Shown here piece by piece: positions 13,397-26,295 of a DNA stretch of 64,000 bases. Source of the stretch: Vicugna vicugna (lineage: Eukaryota). The position numbers and the translations under genes are program-made. The notes under the pieces were generated by a model. It made no database searches. It was given only the letters and a program-made list of their open reading frames with translations, and was not told the DNA's origin. Numbering within the stretch: position 1 is the stretch's first letter; every line of letters begins with the position of its first letter. The DNA is taken from assembly GCA_013265495.1 (NCBI GenBank), contig MU058059.1, forward strand, positions 3,883,502 through 3,947,501, read 5' to 3'.

Positions 13397-13454
13397 ATGT
13401 CCTGTGTGCGCCGCCTCCTGCTCACATCCCTGTTCCCGGCCCTCCTGCTTCACG
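13397..13454 (+). CDS. APCDD1: APCDD1 coding exon 1 (signal peptide MSCVRRLLLTSLFPALLLH+G), 58 nt, phase-1 donor
   Basis: ATG at 13397 (gagATGt) lies in a CpG island and encodes a hydrophobic leader resembling the recalled human start MSWPRRLLLRYLFPALLLHG. It ends at a strong donor CACG|gtgagt. Confidence 0.95.
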
Positions 13455-16400
13455 GTGAGTCCCGGGGGGAGGAGGGGTCGAAGCCGAGGGGAGCCCAGGG
13501 GACCCCGCAGCCGGTCACAGCCTCTCCTGCGCGTCCTGGAAGAGGCTCGCCTTCCCGGGCGCCCGGCTGCTCTCTGGAAGAGTGCGCGCTCACACAGACT
13601 ATCTCCAAGTCCCGGGGACACTTGTGTCCACGGTGCGGGGGTTTCCGACTTAGACCGTCGTGAAATCGCAGACTGTGCGACCCTTTTCCAGAATGTCAGA
13701 GCGCAGGCGGGGCCCTTGCTGTGTTCTAAACTTTTCGGGGACTGTACAGAGACATGGATCATTTCAGGGGAAAGCAGCTTGCAGCGTTTCTGTGCGCCTC
13801 TTCGAGGACGGCTCTCCCAGGGGGACCAGTGAGTTCTCTGGTCACAGTTTCAAGAAGCGAGGGTCTCCCAATAGCCAAGGTGCAGTAATTAAAACCAGTC
13901 TCTTAAGTTCTCCACAGCCTGAGCCTTGCTTACCTCCTGCTCTTCTTGGTTTTGTTTTTGTTTCTGTGTTTCATGTGTCACATGTTCTCGGCAGCTCTAA
14001 GAAACCCTCAGCCAGAGAACAGCAGGCCTTAGAAGAGCTCCAGGGATTGTGCTGAGAAAAATAAGATAACGTGGCCTGGGGGGTGGGAAGACAGATTTCG
14101 TGGGAGATTGTGGTCGTGGGGACAGGCGGTGGCAGAAGACAGTGTTCTGATTCTGATGTCCTGGGCCACCTTTCCCTAATGGTGGACACCTGACAGTTCA
14201 GCAGTCTCCACCAGGAGCCGGGCTCTCCAGTCTCAACGCCCACCGCGGCCGCCCCAAACCTTGGGAGGTCAGATCCGATCAGCACCCTCTGGCCTCAAGG
14301 TTTCTGAGCAGGACCAGCAGTGGATCCAGCTTCAGAAAGCGTTAGGCGGCACTGAAGACGGGGCAGCGACCCCCACCCTCAGGCGACCGAGGAAAGGGAG
14401 GAGACTGTAACCACAGAGCCGGGCCAGAAGACGGGCGCCGTGTGCTGCTGCTTCCTTTCTAGTCCTGCTCGGGGCAGGCGGCGGGGGCGGCCCAGCCCAC
14501 AGGCCCCGTGAAGGGGTCGGGCCGGGCCGGACCTGCCCGACTGCCGAGGTGTGCTCTGAGCCCCAGTGGTCCCAGACTTCTGAAGTCAGCTTGGAAGGCT
14601 TGCAGTTCGACGGCCAAAGAGAGAAGGTGTAATTATAGGGTTGCACTCCTAGGCCCATCTGCTTAGAATTACAGAGCAGTTTTAATCTTTGGCTGAAACA
14701 TGAAACAAATCAGAGCCGATGGACAGATCAAACAGCAGCTGCCACACACACCAAAAACACAAGGGAGAGGGAGATGAAACAGGGGAAACTGACCCCTTAA
14801 AAAAAATCTGTCATCATATTTGTGAAGAAAAGCGATCATGTAGGCAAATGACTTTAAAATGAAAAATTACTTTAAAAGTTGGCATACATAGTTTTTGGTT
14901 TTTGTTTTTTTGCATAAAACCATTGCCTTTTGGACTACAGAAGCGATCCTCAGACATGCAGCGGGGGCCACCTCAGCTTATCCTCCTTCTTTTGGGAGGT
15001 GGAAGTTGTAACTGTCCTTCCTGCACCAGAATCCAAGCTGGGAAAGTAAGAGCTGCTAATGGGAGTCCAAGTGTACCTTCGTGAGATTCAAATATAGCCC
15101 CAGGTCTCCTAAGTCAACCTGGCCGCCTTGGGGATCAGGGATTACCCAGACCGCAGCTCGCAGGAGAGAGTAAGGAAGGCAGGAGTCAGGCATCTGCACC
15201 CTAAAGGGAAGGACAGCAGATCCTGGGCGTGTGTGCACTCTGTGCACGCGTGTGTCTGCCCAAGAGGATGTAAGATCAAAAAGGAGGTTTGCGAAGTTTA
15301 ACTGGATGATGGGGATAACCCCACAAATAGTTATCCCATTTCAAAGTGAATCTGCAATGGCAACATTATTAACACTGATGTTTCCCATAGATCAACTCAC
15401 ATCCTGCAGGGAGTGTTGGATTCCAGCATAGGAAATAAACCGGGCGAGTAGACCTTCAGTGTATAAATCTCTGCGGTTAAGAAAGGCTTGTCACATTCGC
15501 TAGGATAATGCAAAGCACCAGGAAGGAACTGGGTATTCTTTCCTCCTCTTTCTGCCTGATTTTCACTTGACTGAAACAGTTTTAACAGAAAATCGTTATT
15601 AATCAACCTAACCCAGAGAATGGGTTGTGAGAGTGTTCTGCTCTATAGTCAGGGGTTGGCAGGCATTTTAAAATTCTGTAGGAACAGATGGAGATTGACT
15701 ATATATTTTAATAGAAGTTCTAAGCCTGGAGGAAATTATCTGAACTTTCTTTAGAGTGGCTTAGTGATTTTTTTCCCTGATACCTGCACATTTTATTTTG
15801 CTAGCCCCAGTACACCATTTGTCTGTTCATGATAGCGTTTAGCAGGTAAAGACATGTTTTCTATGGTTGTGAACATACTTGTAACAAAGTTTAACACATT
15901 TAGTTTCAGGCATCATTCATAGATTATTTGTGACACTAGCAAGTGTAATAAGATTAAACAGTGCACAAAGCCTTCAGGAAGATTCTGGATGACAATGCTA
16001 TAGAAACTATTTATTGTGTTTGGCATCCAGTCTTTATTCAGTTTTGTGGTAACTTTTATTTAAACTCATGCAACTCATAAATCGCCCCTTGGTCCTATTG
16101 GTGAGTCAGTTAGGCTCTGGCAAGGACGGAGCCTGGTGTTTATTTTTGCTGTTTTTAAAACTGTAAATGTAGCGGGAGACCCGAGTTCAAAACGTGATGA
16201 CAAGAGTCTTCATGTCAGTTTTACTTTCCTCTTCGTCCACTTCTGAAAACAACTGCATTTCTGAGTCCAAATAAAACCGGTCGAATGTCGTGGTGTGGAC
16301 AGCTGGAGGGCGTCCGCTGCCACTGTGCTCTTGGCTTCGATGGAAAGCCACAAAAGTCATTCGGCTCCAGGAGCACAGTTCAGCATGAGGTGTTTCAGTG

Positions 16401-17440
16401 TAAGTGGGGCTGCACTGTGCCCCAAAGTGCCCGTTCTCTTCGCTGATGCGACCGGTTACGTTTTGGAGTGGTGCTGGACATGTACTGTTCCCCAGCGCTG
16501 TTCACTTTTGTAGAATTCACTGACTTTTCTGAAATGTGAAGATACTTTCGAGCTATTCCCTTTCACTCAAGCGTATTCTGTTAAAACTTAAAAAAAAAAA
16601 GTGTGGCTTAACCAACAAAATGTGAAGAAGCATAGGGTAGAACAGGAGTCTGGGAGTCTGAAATATCACTTTACCAAGGACAGTGTTTGTGACCAGGAAA
16701 ACATCGCCTGTCATGCACCTTTCCCCTTCATCATAAAATGTAATCGTGAAAAGAAATGATGCATCTGCTCCTAGCAGGGAGCAAGGGTCTTGGAGAGATG
16801 GTGAATGTTCCCTTGTGAGATAAACTGACAGGCTTCAAGCACGTGGCTGAGAGGTCCTGTTGTAGCCGTGCTCCTTCGGTTCCACCCTGAATGAGTCAAG
16901 AACTAAACTTCAGTGGATGGTGCGGCTGTGTAATTATGTACTGTGTGGGACGGACTGATGACAGCTTGAGAGAATCAATCAAAGTGAAGCGTAAAACACT
17001 CAGGACCGGAAATATAAAAAGGTCTGTCCGTGATCATGTGCGTCTGCGGGAAGCTCACCCAGCGGGGCGTGAAGTGACCCCCAGGAAAACCTCAGCAAGA
17101 CACCTGCCACGGCCTCCTGCCACGTCTGTGCACAGGTCATTTAGAGCTCTCAAATTTGGAAAGAAAGTTGTTTTGGACAGTCATGTGATAGGGACCTAGG
17201 TGAGAGAAAGGAGAGGATGTCCCTGAAAATCACTGTAGGTGTTCTGTTCTGTGAGGGTTTTCCTTCAGCCAACCTTTCGGTCAACTGGTGCGTTTACGAG
17301 GCCTCCCATGGGCCCGTGTCACTGCTTGCTGGGGACAGGGCTGTGAGTAGCAGCGGTCCCCTTTCTCAGGAGTCCTGAGGATGTCTGGGGGGGGTGCAGA
17401 AGAGCTTACCTGAGAGCCCAGAGCTGGGAGGATGGCCCCC

Positions 17441-17650
17441 GCACACACACACTGTGCACACAGCATACGTACACCACATTCACACGTACACAGATGCACA
17501 CACCATACACACACCATGCACGAGACACACACACCTTACATGCACACAAACCACGCACACATAGACCACACACATCATATACACACCAAACACGAATACC
17601 CATGTGCACACACACCATACACACAACCACATCTCACACTCACACACACG
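17441..17650. repeat. Degenerate CA-rich low-complexity repeat
   Basis: About 200 bp of interrupted (CA)n/CACAT/CACG units. Confidence 0.9.
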
Positions 17651-20600
17651 ACCTCTCTGAAGTACACAAGTGTGGCAGCAGCCGTCAGCTCCAGGCCCAG
17701 CGTGTAGACTGTGCAGACTGTGGATCCACCCCGGGGTCTGGCCCGGGAGCCGTGGCCTTAGAAGAAGATGGCTTAGAAAATGACATCATCTTCCTCTAAG
17801 GTTAAATGAAGCCAGGAATTGGAAATCTTAACTTGATGATCTTTCTCATAAAGGGAAAATATTTTCGAGAAGAAGCTTTAAAGATGGCCAAAGCAGTTCT
17901 TAGCTGTTAGCGCAAAAGAGGCGGAGATGAAAAGCAGCGCTGGGTCGGGCGGGCGCCGCGTGGCAGTGACCTCCACGTGTCTGCCAGACGCACCTGCTCT
18001 TCTTCCCCAGAGGACGCCCTGCCCGGGGGTGTGAGCAGTGCCCACTCCACAGTCCATGTCCGCACGCAGGGCGGAGTGTGTCCCAGCCAAGTGATGACCC
18101 GCGTTTACTCATGCCCATTTTATCTGCCCTGTCTTTATGGGTCACACCGGTTCCTGTTGGAGATGCTGCCTCACCCTGGGTACCGGCGTATTGTGTGTCA
18201 CGTCACAGAGAGTACAGGAACCTGCCCCGTGAGCGGAGTCATCTTTCAGGGCCCCACCCGAGACCCCACGGTGAATGTGTTGACATTTGGCCTTTTTTGT
18301 TTGATTTTTTTTAAAGCATTAAAGTGCACAGGCAGGGACTAATCGTATCAAAGATTAATTCAGTCCCAAGTGTGTTTGAAACGTGTTTCCTTCCCAACTA
18401 ATTTTACATCTTACCATGTGTCAGATGGCTTAGAACTTTGGGTTCTTAGTCTTAACGGGCAGGCGAGGAGCTGACGAATAGGATGGAGACAATTCAGATT
18501 ATTTAAATGTTAACTGAGGAATCGGGAACCTGGACAGACCTGTGTTTCTCCTCCACTCTACCCTTCCCACGTCAGCGATGAGGCTCCCATCCCCTCTTTG
18601 GTCCCTGTTGGTGGCCTGGCTGGCTCTTTGAGAGACCAGGGATTTAGGAATAAGTGGGTGACGTGCAAGTGCTACATCTGTGCCCCCGAAGTCTGCGCTG
18701 AGGGCTGCCCGCTGGTGCGGAGCCTGCTGACCTCCGTGATGCAAACAGACACCTGGCCGCCGGGCCTTGGACGTCGGGTGCGGATCCCTGAGCAAATGGT
18801 CAATCCCATACGTCATTTCAGGAAATCTGGGTTTTTATTTGATATCTTTGGAAGTTTTCACTCTGCACAGTAGACGTGCAATTCTGATAGTAGTTAAGAT
18901 CATTGTGAAGTCATTTAGGATTTGTGTTGTGAGTGATTTATTCCTTGGGAGTCAGTCACTCTCGTACACACACACGTGCAGGAACATGTGTGCATGCACA
19001 CACATCTGTGCCCGAGTCCACCCTCCAGCGCTGCAGCATCTCTGGAGTTCTCTGGAAATGGTCATCTTACAATTGTACTCTAAAGCCTTCTGGAATTTGT
19101 TTCCCATGGGAGCACGAGTTCCTTCCAGAGTCTACATTTTCTCCCACACTGACTTGAACGGCGCTGCCCTTTGTCTTAATCACTGTATCTGGGCCCAGGC
19201 CACGGGACCTGGATGTCAGAGACCGTTAAGCGGTGGGGTCATGCCGGTGCCCCCTTTTAGGATGCTGCTGGCGGGCAGTGGAGCACTTCCAGTGTGTCTG
19301 CGGTCAGGCCTGGCTCTTCCCAGAACCCTTGACGCTGCAGAGGGCTCTCCACCAACCCCCTCTGTCCCTGTGGTCAACGGCATTTGATAAGTGAGGTAAT
19401 ACATGCGTAAAGCGAATCGTCAAGAGTTACACAGCTTGCGTCACTGTCAGTATTGTGATTTCTGCTTTGTACAGGGGAACAGAGGCTCATTAGATGACTT
19501 AGCCAAAGCCCCTTTCTTACCGCTCTGTTGCCATCTCACCCTTTGAGACGCTCCTGTCCTTGGATTCATGTGCAGCAAAATCTTAATGAATGGAACCTCG
19601 TCAGCTAGTCTTCCCACCCGGAACATCGGGATCCTCAGTCACCCAAACCGCCGACGCTGCTGTGTGAGTGCTCCTGCACACGCACGTTCTCATCAGAGAG
19701 ATGGCGCCCAGGCAGGGTTGTCACCTGTCCACCCCAACACCTTGGATCCAGAGTGCATCCCACAGGCACTGGTGATCTCACCTGGAGCGGCTTTGAGAGC
19801 CAGAATCGTCAGAGAAAGATCATGTCAACCACGCTCCACATTCAGCAGCAGAATTTTCAAATATTGTGAGCAAGCAACATTTCCAGTCACGCAGATAATC
19901 CAGCTAAGTGGGGGTTTTTACAGTTACTGTATGTAAGGAGCACGTGTATTTTTGTGAAGAGTAGCTGCTCTCAGGCAGGAACTCCTCTGTGCTCAGTCGA
20001 CAGCCTTGGGTGCCGCCGGCCGGACCCCGGCACGGTTGGCTCACCCCGCTTAAGATGTGTGAACGCAGGGCTTGTGGGTGTTTTGCAAACTCTTCTTCTC
20101 AGAGTCCGTGCTCAGTTAGTGTAGCTTCCTGCTCTCCTCCATCATTCTGACCCTCCCTCCCGCTTTCCCTTTGTTTTAAAGTGGCTTCTGGGTGATGCCT
20201 CCCCCACAGCATGCCGGAGATGGTCAGTCCCTCTCTGAGCCTATGAAGAGGACTCACTGCTCTGTTGAGAGCAATTTCCTTCTCTTCTCTTCCTGACTAT
20301 TTTCAGGCAAAAATGGCACCCTGAATCACTGCAGAGCTCGTAATCGATCTTTCTGCTGCTCCGCCCTCCAGAAAGGGGAAGCTCAGTCTTTCCAGGATGG
20401 ACTTCTTGCCGTGTGTGACGTTGCTTAAAGGCGCCGAGTGGTTCCTCGTCCCTTTCCAGGCCAACCTGCGCTCAGGGCGGCACGCGCGGGGCTGTCCCCG
20501 CGTCTCTTCCTCTGCGTGGGTCCTCGTCACTCCCTCCCTGTGGTTCAGCTGCAGAAAGCAGCGCAGGCGTCTGAGCACTGGAGGGAAGCCGCCGTGGCAG

Positions 20601-22909
20601 GCAGGTGGCCCCGTGACAGACCGCAGCCAGGCAGGCGCTTCTCACCGGGGAAGTAACGCAGTGACTCAGTTCCTCACACGGCAGTCAGCTCTGTGGAAAG
20701 GGAGACGCCCACCAAAAGACGAGGCTGTGTGGTGCTGTGCTGTTGACACACGTGCAGAGCAGCCCGATGACCTGCCGCGAGAGGCCCGCGGCTGCGGGCC
20801 GGAGCCCTGGCCTGGCCTTGAGGAGACGCAGCAGCCGGAGGCTGAGCGCGCGATCCCAGGGTGGCGCGGGCTGCGGTCTAGGCGTCATGTCATCGTGTGA
20901 ATGCAAGTGTTTCTGTCGCTGGCAGTAACAGTGACGCGTCTGAACAATCACTGCCATCCTGGATTTGATGACTGTGGGTGAGTTCTCACCCACATCCACT
21001 CCTCTCCCGGCCTTCGTGACCTTACAGGAAAACATCTGCCGGGTGTAAAGGGGGTTGTAAATCAATTTTTAGAACATTGCTTGGTGGACGGTGAGATGAT
21101 GGCATCTTTACTGAACGCTTGGTGTTGTATTTAATGCAGAATCTCCCCCAGCTCCCAGGGCCTTGTAACTTGAATTAAAATCTCATTTAAAAAAAAAATC
21201 TCATTTTTTTTTTTTTTACCACATTACAGTTGACCCACTAGATGGCAAGTTGTACCGTTTGATTCCTTGGCTTCATTCCTAACAGAGAATTCAGGAAGTG
21301 CTTCCCTAGCATCAAGATTACAACTCTTGGGGTCTGTGGAGGTACCCTGTTTAGTACACCCTCCCTCCTCTCGTTCAGAGCTACTGAGGGATCAACACAA
21401 GTGCCAGACGGATGAGGATGAAAACACTAGGGTCAGGATCATGAGCATCAGAGGACACAGTGCAGGTGGATGTCCACGTTGGATTGCTGAGCGTCCATCC
21501 CTGAACTTTCCAGACTTTCCACCTGGCCCAGTGCCACTGCCAACAGGGAAGGGCCCTTACTACCACGGGTGGGAGGGGGCTGATCAAAAGGTGTGGATTT
21601 TGAAAACAGGCTTGTTTTGCAAAGAGAAAGAGAACAACGGCTGAGGCAGTGCACTCGTGGCCTCCCTGGGGAGGGGCGGCGGGGAGGGCCCAGGACCATC
21701 GCTGTGGCGGCGGGGCTTCCGCAGGATGGGAGCGGGGAGCCGCGGAAAGGGGGTCTTCGCGTGTCGGCCCTGAGCGCTAGTGTCTCCGCCACCCGGCGCA
21801 GAGGCCTGACTTTTCGTGTTGTCCTCATTCTCGGGCGGCCGTGGCTCTCCTGGTTTGGCTGAATGGGGCTGTTGGTGACGTTGCACTTAACATACATTTC
21901 GGAATGATGAGCACAGTATTTAGTTAACATCCATATTTTATTTTTGTACTTTTGTCTAGCTAGTGGTTTTTTTTTGTTTTTTGTTTTTGTTTTTTTGCTA
22001 ACACAGTGCTCAATACATAGTAGGTCCACAATGAAGACTGATCAGACTGTGAATTACTTTAGCAGTGAGTCTCAAAGGAGACAGCGGGCTCTCAGACTGC
22101 AACTCCATTTGTATTCTGAACTCGAGGCTGGAGGTTGTCCTGCACGCGGACATTTTGGCCGACCTAGACGATGTATCCTGCGGATAAACTTAGTCCTGGT
22201 GTCCCTTTACCCATGGAAAATACAAGTGTACAGTCTTCTCGTAATTCCTCCCATTTTAAACCCTGTAACATATGTTTAGTTTGCCACCAACTTTGGGGAG
22301 AAGCCCTGGCAGCCTTTGAAGATAACTGGGGAGGAGTGTCACACTTACCCCTTGCGGGAAGGGCATAGGATGCACACCCCCTCCCGAGGGCATCCTCTTG
22401 AAGACCTGAGGCCCCCAGATGCAGGAGGTGGTGCGGGCAGACGGGAGGCAGGAGAGGGGCACAGTGGGGCACATCCCCAGCTGAACCCTGGGCCTTTCTC
22501 TCCGTCTCTCTTTGCCCTTTTCACTGAGGCTGGTCTGCTGGCTCCCTGCCCTCCCGTCTGTGTCACTGCCACTGCCCCGTCCACCCTTCCTGACCACCCT
22601 TCCTGCCTGTCCCTTCAGGCCCATCTGTGGCCTTTGGTGAGACACTCTTGAGCTGCACTGCCTTGTTTGCTGTTTCACGGACCCTTCGCTTTGCCAGGAA
22701 CTCACCAAGTGACCTCTTGCAAGTCAGGATCGTTGTCTCCATGGACCCCCATTTTTCTCCCCTGGGAGACGGCTTCCCAGGAGCCTCACTGTGGGTTGTG
22801 AATCCCAGGAGAGCAAAGACAAGTGACAGGACCTGGTGGAGCAGGAGAACCTGACTCAGATCTGCTGTCCACCCGCCTGACGCCAGACTGCCTTTTCCTT
22901 CTGTTTCAG

Positions 22910-23093
22910 GGCTGGGAGAGGGTTCTGCCCTCCTTCATCCAGACAGCAGATCACATCCCAGGTCCCTGGAGAAAAGTGCGTGGAGGGCGTTCAAGGAATC
23001 CCAGTGTCATCACATGCTCAAACACCTTCACAATGGTGCGAGGATCACCGTGCAGATGCCGCCCGCCATCGAGGGCCACTGGGTGTCCACTGG
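22910..23093 (+). CDS. APCDD1: APCDD1 coding exon 2, 184 nt
   Basis: Acceptor ccttttccttctgtttcag|, donor ACTGG|gtaag. Manual translation gives (G)[60 protein letters not shown](G). The phase matches exons 1 and 3. This frame is absent from the ORF track. Confidence 0.96.
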
Positions 23094-23904
23094 GTAAGAG
23101 ATGGGGCAGGGGTCCGGGAGGGCCCGGAGAGCCCCTGCCACGGCAGGCCCTTCTTAGCGTGCCTCGGATGCGCAGACTTGCGACAATGTCCAGTGATTCT
23201 GGTGGTGTCTCCGGCTTAACTCAGAGCCTAGTGAGTCTGAAATGCTGGTCGGTAAAGAAACTGAGCTGAGTCCTGTAGAAATCTTAGCCCTAGCGGTGAC
23301 ACCGCCCCACCGTGAACCCACACGTAGGTGAATGCGTCCTTGTTTACCGACCTCTGTAGGGCCACTCGTGTTTAAAAAGAGACCATTACCAAGTGAAATT
23401 AGGGACCTGTGTTTCACCAGGCTGAAACCTGACTTGCCAGCTTCTGATGCTCTAAGTATGCTAACTACATTCTGGTCATTTAATACGCAGCTTTGGGTTC
23501 TGAGAGTGAGTTAAAAGGTGCTCACGCTACCTCTCCCAGCCAGGGCACAGCTCTTGGCGTCTTTTCCAGGCTGTGGAGCTAAGATTTATCCCAGTTTGAG
23601 CTCGGGCTTATCTGCCATTAGAGCTGTTAAAAATAGCCCGGAGGCCGACCTGCAGTGTTTCCTTCCCTACCCATTAAATGGTTGTGAATTCACAAAGCTG
23701 ACTGTGGGACCGATCCTTCTCCAGGTCTCTTGGGGGGGGGGATCACAGGCACACAGAGAAGAGAGAGAGAAAAGATCTTATAAGAGGATGAAGGCCCAGA
23801 GGGTTTTTTGGTTTTTGTTTTTTCCTAAAAATGAGGTTTCTCAAAATAACTGCCTGGTAAGTACTGGCACAAATCTTAATCTTAATGTGATGTACTTTTA
23901 AATT

Positions 23905-24030
23905 ATTTATCATCTTACTCAACAAATATTTGTGGAGCACACAAACGTGGGCTGTGTGCAAGCGCTGCCGGCAACCCTGCGTGTGTGGCGGCGAACGAAG
24001 CAGACGTGGCCCCTGTCTTCAGCAGTTTTA
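23905..24030 (-). mobile_element. L2-like 3' remnant
   Basis: actcaacaaatatttgtggagcac...tgtgcaagcgctg resembles the antisense L2 3' end. Confidence 0.45.
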
Positions 24031-25504
24031 CAAATAAACACACAAGGAAGTGTTACGAAGAGGGAGAAAACAACAGGTGTTCGTGGAGACTAGCAGGGCC
24101 CCTACGTTAGGGTGGGGCGGGGTAGGAAAGCCAGCCGAGAAGAGGATGCGTGGGATGGCGTTGCCCACCCAGGGCGGGGGAAGAGCCTTCCGCGTAGAAG
24201 CACTGGCGGAGTCTGGATTGGGGGATCACAGGAGGGGCTCGTGACGGGGCAGTAGCCCCAGCCTCTGAGGGGGTGGGGTCAGCCCGCGGGTCCCTTGCAG
24301 GCAGGTCTCTGCAAATCTGGCCTTTAAGAGAACGGGGAAGTCATTGAAGCGTTTCCACCCAGGGCCATGCTCACAGCCCACCCAGCTGGAGGTGACGGAG
24401 GCCCGGGGAGGCAGTGGGGGCCGATGGCCAAGTGGGTGGGCCCGGTGGACCCTGAGCTCAGGACCGAGTCAGCGGATTGTCACGCTCACGTGAAGTGGTA
24501 GGACTCGCCCATCCTCTTGTCTGCACCGCAGCGGACAGTGATCGCTGCTCCCTCAGAGCGACCCCTCTTCCCCTGGGGGAGAAATGTGGGCTTCCTCTCA
24601 CTCCTGTGTCACAGAGACTGATGCTCACGGTACTGTGAGGTGCTGGATGTCCACCGGGGACAGGCTTTACCTAGCGAGTGGTACCCACTTGTAAATGGTG
24701 CTCATTCACCAGTTTGTTAACCAATAACTTTGAGAACCACTGCCCTCTGGGATTTCAGTCCCAGCCTTGATTTATCAACACGAAGCCTGCTCAAGCCTGA
24801 ATTACTGTACAAAATAGATTTATCTATAAATCATAGATACGAGCAGAGTGGTAAGGACAAGACAGGTAAGATGCAACCGCGACTAGGACCTTTAGGTCAC
24901 AGGCAGACTTTGGCTTCTTGCATGAGATTCAGAGAAATTCAGTTTCCAATGCATTGAAGAAAACCTGGTCGTTTCCTGGTTCGGGCTGTGCTGCAGATGT
25001 AGGACTTGGTTGCCATCCGACCAGGTGAGAACTCCCCGTCCAGGTGTCTCCAGGTCAGGCATTTAGCACTTAATCTGATGCCTCAGCAAGAAACATTTTC
25101 CCACTGTCAACAGCACAACCAAAGTGAACCCTGTTTGCCTCTTTGCTTTTCCGCTAGTGGGAAGACTCATTTTGCCTGGATGGGAGGGTGAATTTCCAAC
25201 TTTCTCCAAGCAGCGCCTCCCCAAGACTGGGTTCCCTTCCAGGATGACGGACGTCTGGCACCTGGCTGCTCTGGGCGGGGTCCAGATGGTGGAAGTGTTC
25301 AGGAAGTCACCCCTTTCTGAACCACGCAGGGGAGCTTCTTTCCTGGGCGCCGCTCCCCTCCCCTTCCCCTCCGCACCTGGATGTGAGGCCGCACGTGGGA
25401 CTGAGGACCACAGGTTCCTGCTCTCCCGTTTTGTTCCTAAAGTGAACGGGAGATTTTCTGGTACCGACTGCCCAGGGGCATGCGGGAGCTGGGCTGCCAG
25501 AGGT

Positions 25505-25605
25505 CACGTTGGCTCTGATGCTGCCTGGTTACGGGCGCTGGGCCCTGCTTCCTAATCCCTTGTGCCTCGGTTTCCCCATCTGTCAAACAGGGGCAGGGCT
25601 GGTAC
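25505..25605 (+). mobile_element. MIR-like remnant
   Basis: tgtgcctcggtttccccatctgtcaaacagggg core motif. Similar cores occur near 7700-7750, 28555-28590 and 55545-55580. Confidence 0.55.
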
Positions 25606-25763
25606 CCACCCTGCTCCCAGGCTGTAGGGCAGATTCAGCACTGGGGTCCAGAGAGGGCTCAGAGCAGCGTCCGCCCAGAGCGAGCAATTTGGCGTCAAAG
25701 TCGTCACTGACGCCTGTGACGCTGCCCCCGGGCTCAGAAGTCTCTGTCCCCCCTCTCCCCCAG

Positions 25764-26295
25764 CTGTGAGGTGCGCTCGGGCCCGGAGTTCCTCACCAGG
25801 TCGTACAGGTTCTACCACAACAACACCTTCAAGGCCTACCAGTTTTACTACCGCGGCAGCCGCTGCGCCAGCCCCACCTACACCCTGGTCGTCCGGGGCA
25901 AGATCCGCCTGCGCCAGGCCTCCTGGATCATCCGCGGTGGCACTGAGGCCGACTACCAGCTGCACCGTGTGCAGGTCATCTGCCACTCTGAGGCCGTGGC
26001 CGAGCGGCTGGGCCAGCTGGTCAACCACACCTGCCCTGGCTTCGTGCCCGCCGGTGGCCCCTGGGTGCCCGACATGCCCTATGACCTGTGGCGGGAGGAG
26101 AGTGGCCAGGAGTGCACCCGGGCCGTGAACTTCGCCATGCACGAGCTGCAGCTGGTGCGGGTGGAAAAGCAGTACCTGCAGCACAACCTGGACCGCCTGG
26201 TGGAGGAGCTCTTCCTGGGGGACATCCACACCGACGCCTCCCAGAGAATGTTCTACCGGCCGTCCAGCTACCAGCCCCCCCTGCAGAACGCCAAG
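25764..26295 (+). CDS. APCDD1: APCDD1 coding exon 3, 532 nt (most of the first APCDD1 repeat domain)
   Basis: Acceptor ccccctctcccccag|, donor AAG|gtacgg. Encodes [22 protein letters not shown]...[15 protein letters not shown] (track ORF 25771..26439) with strong third-position GC bias. Confidence 0.97.

Larger units (their letters stand above)
12480..13700. promoter_or_regulatory. CpG island / APCDD1 promoter and 5' UTR
   Basis: Very high GC and CpG density with many CCGCCC/GGGCGG boxes around exon 1. The only AT-rich patch (GAAATATGAAG, about 13164-13174) is a plausible start-site region. Boundaries are approximate. Confidence 0.85.

Noticed and set aside
12327..13832. Many long overlapping ORFs on both strands (200-338 aa)
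   Set aside because: Stop-codon depletion in a CpG island gives Pro/Arg/Gly/Ala-rich translations. Only the frame leading into exon 1 is discussed.
15312..15338. Short inverted repeat GGGATAAC...GTTATCCC
   Set aside because: An 8-bp stem is expected by chance in 64 kb, and there is no miRNA-length hairpin.
17281..17799. His/Thr- and Cys/Val-rich ORFs
   Set aside because: Translations of the CA-rich low-complexity repeat.
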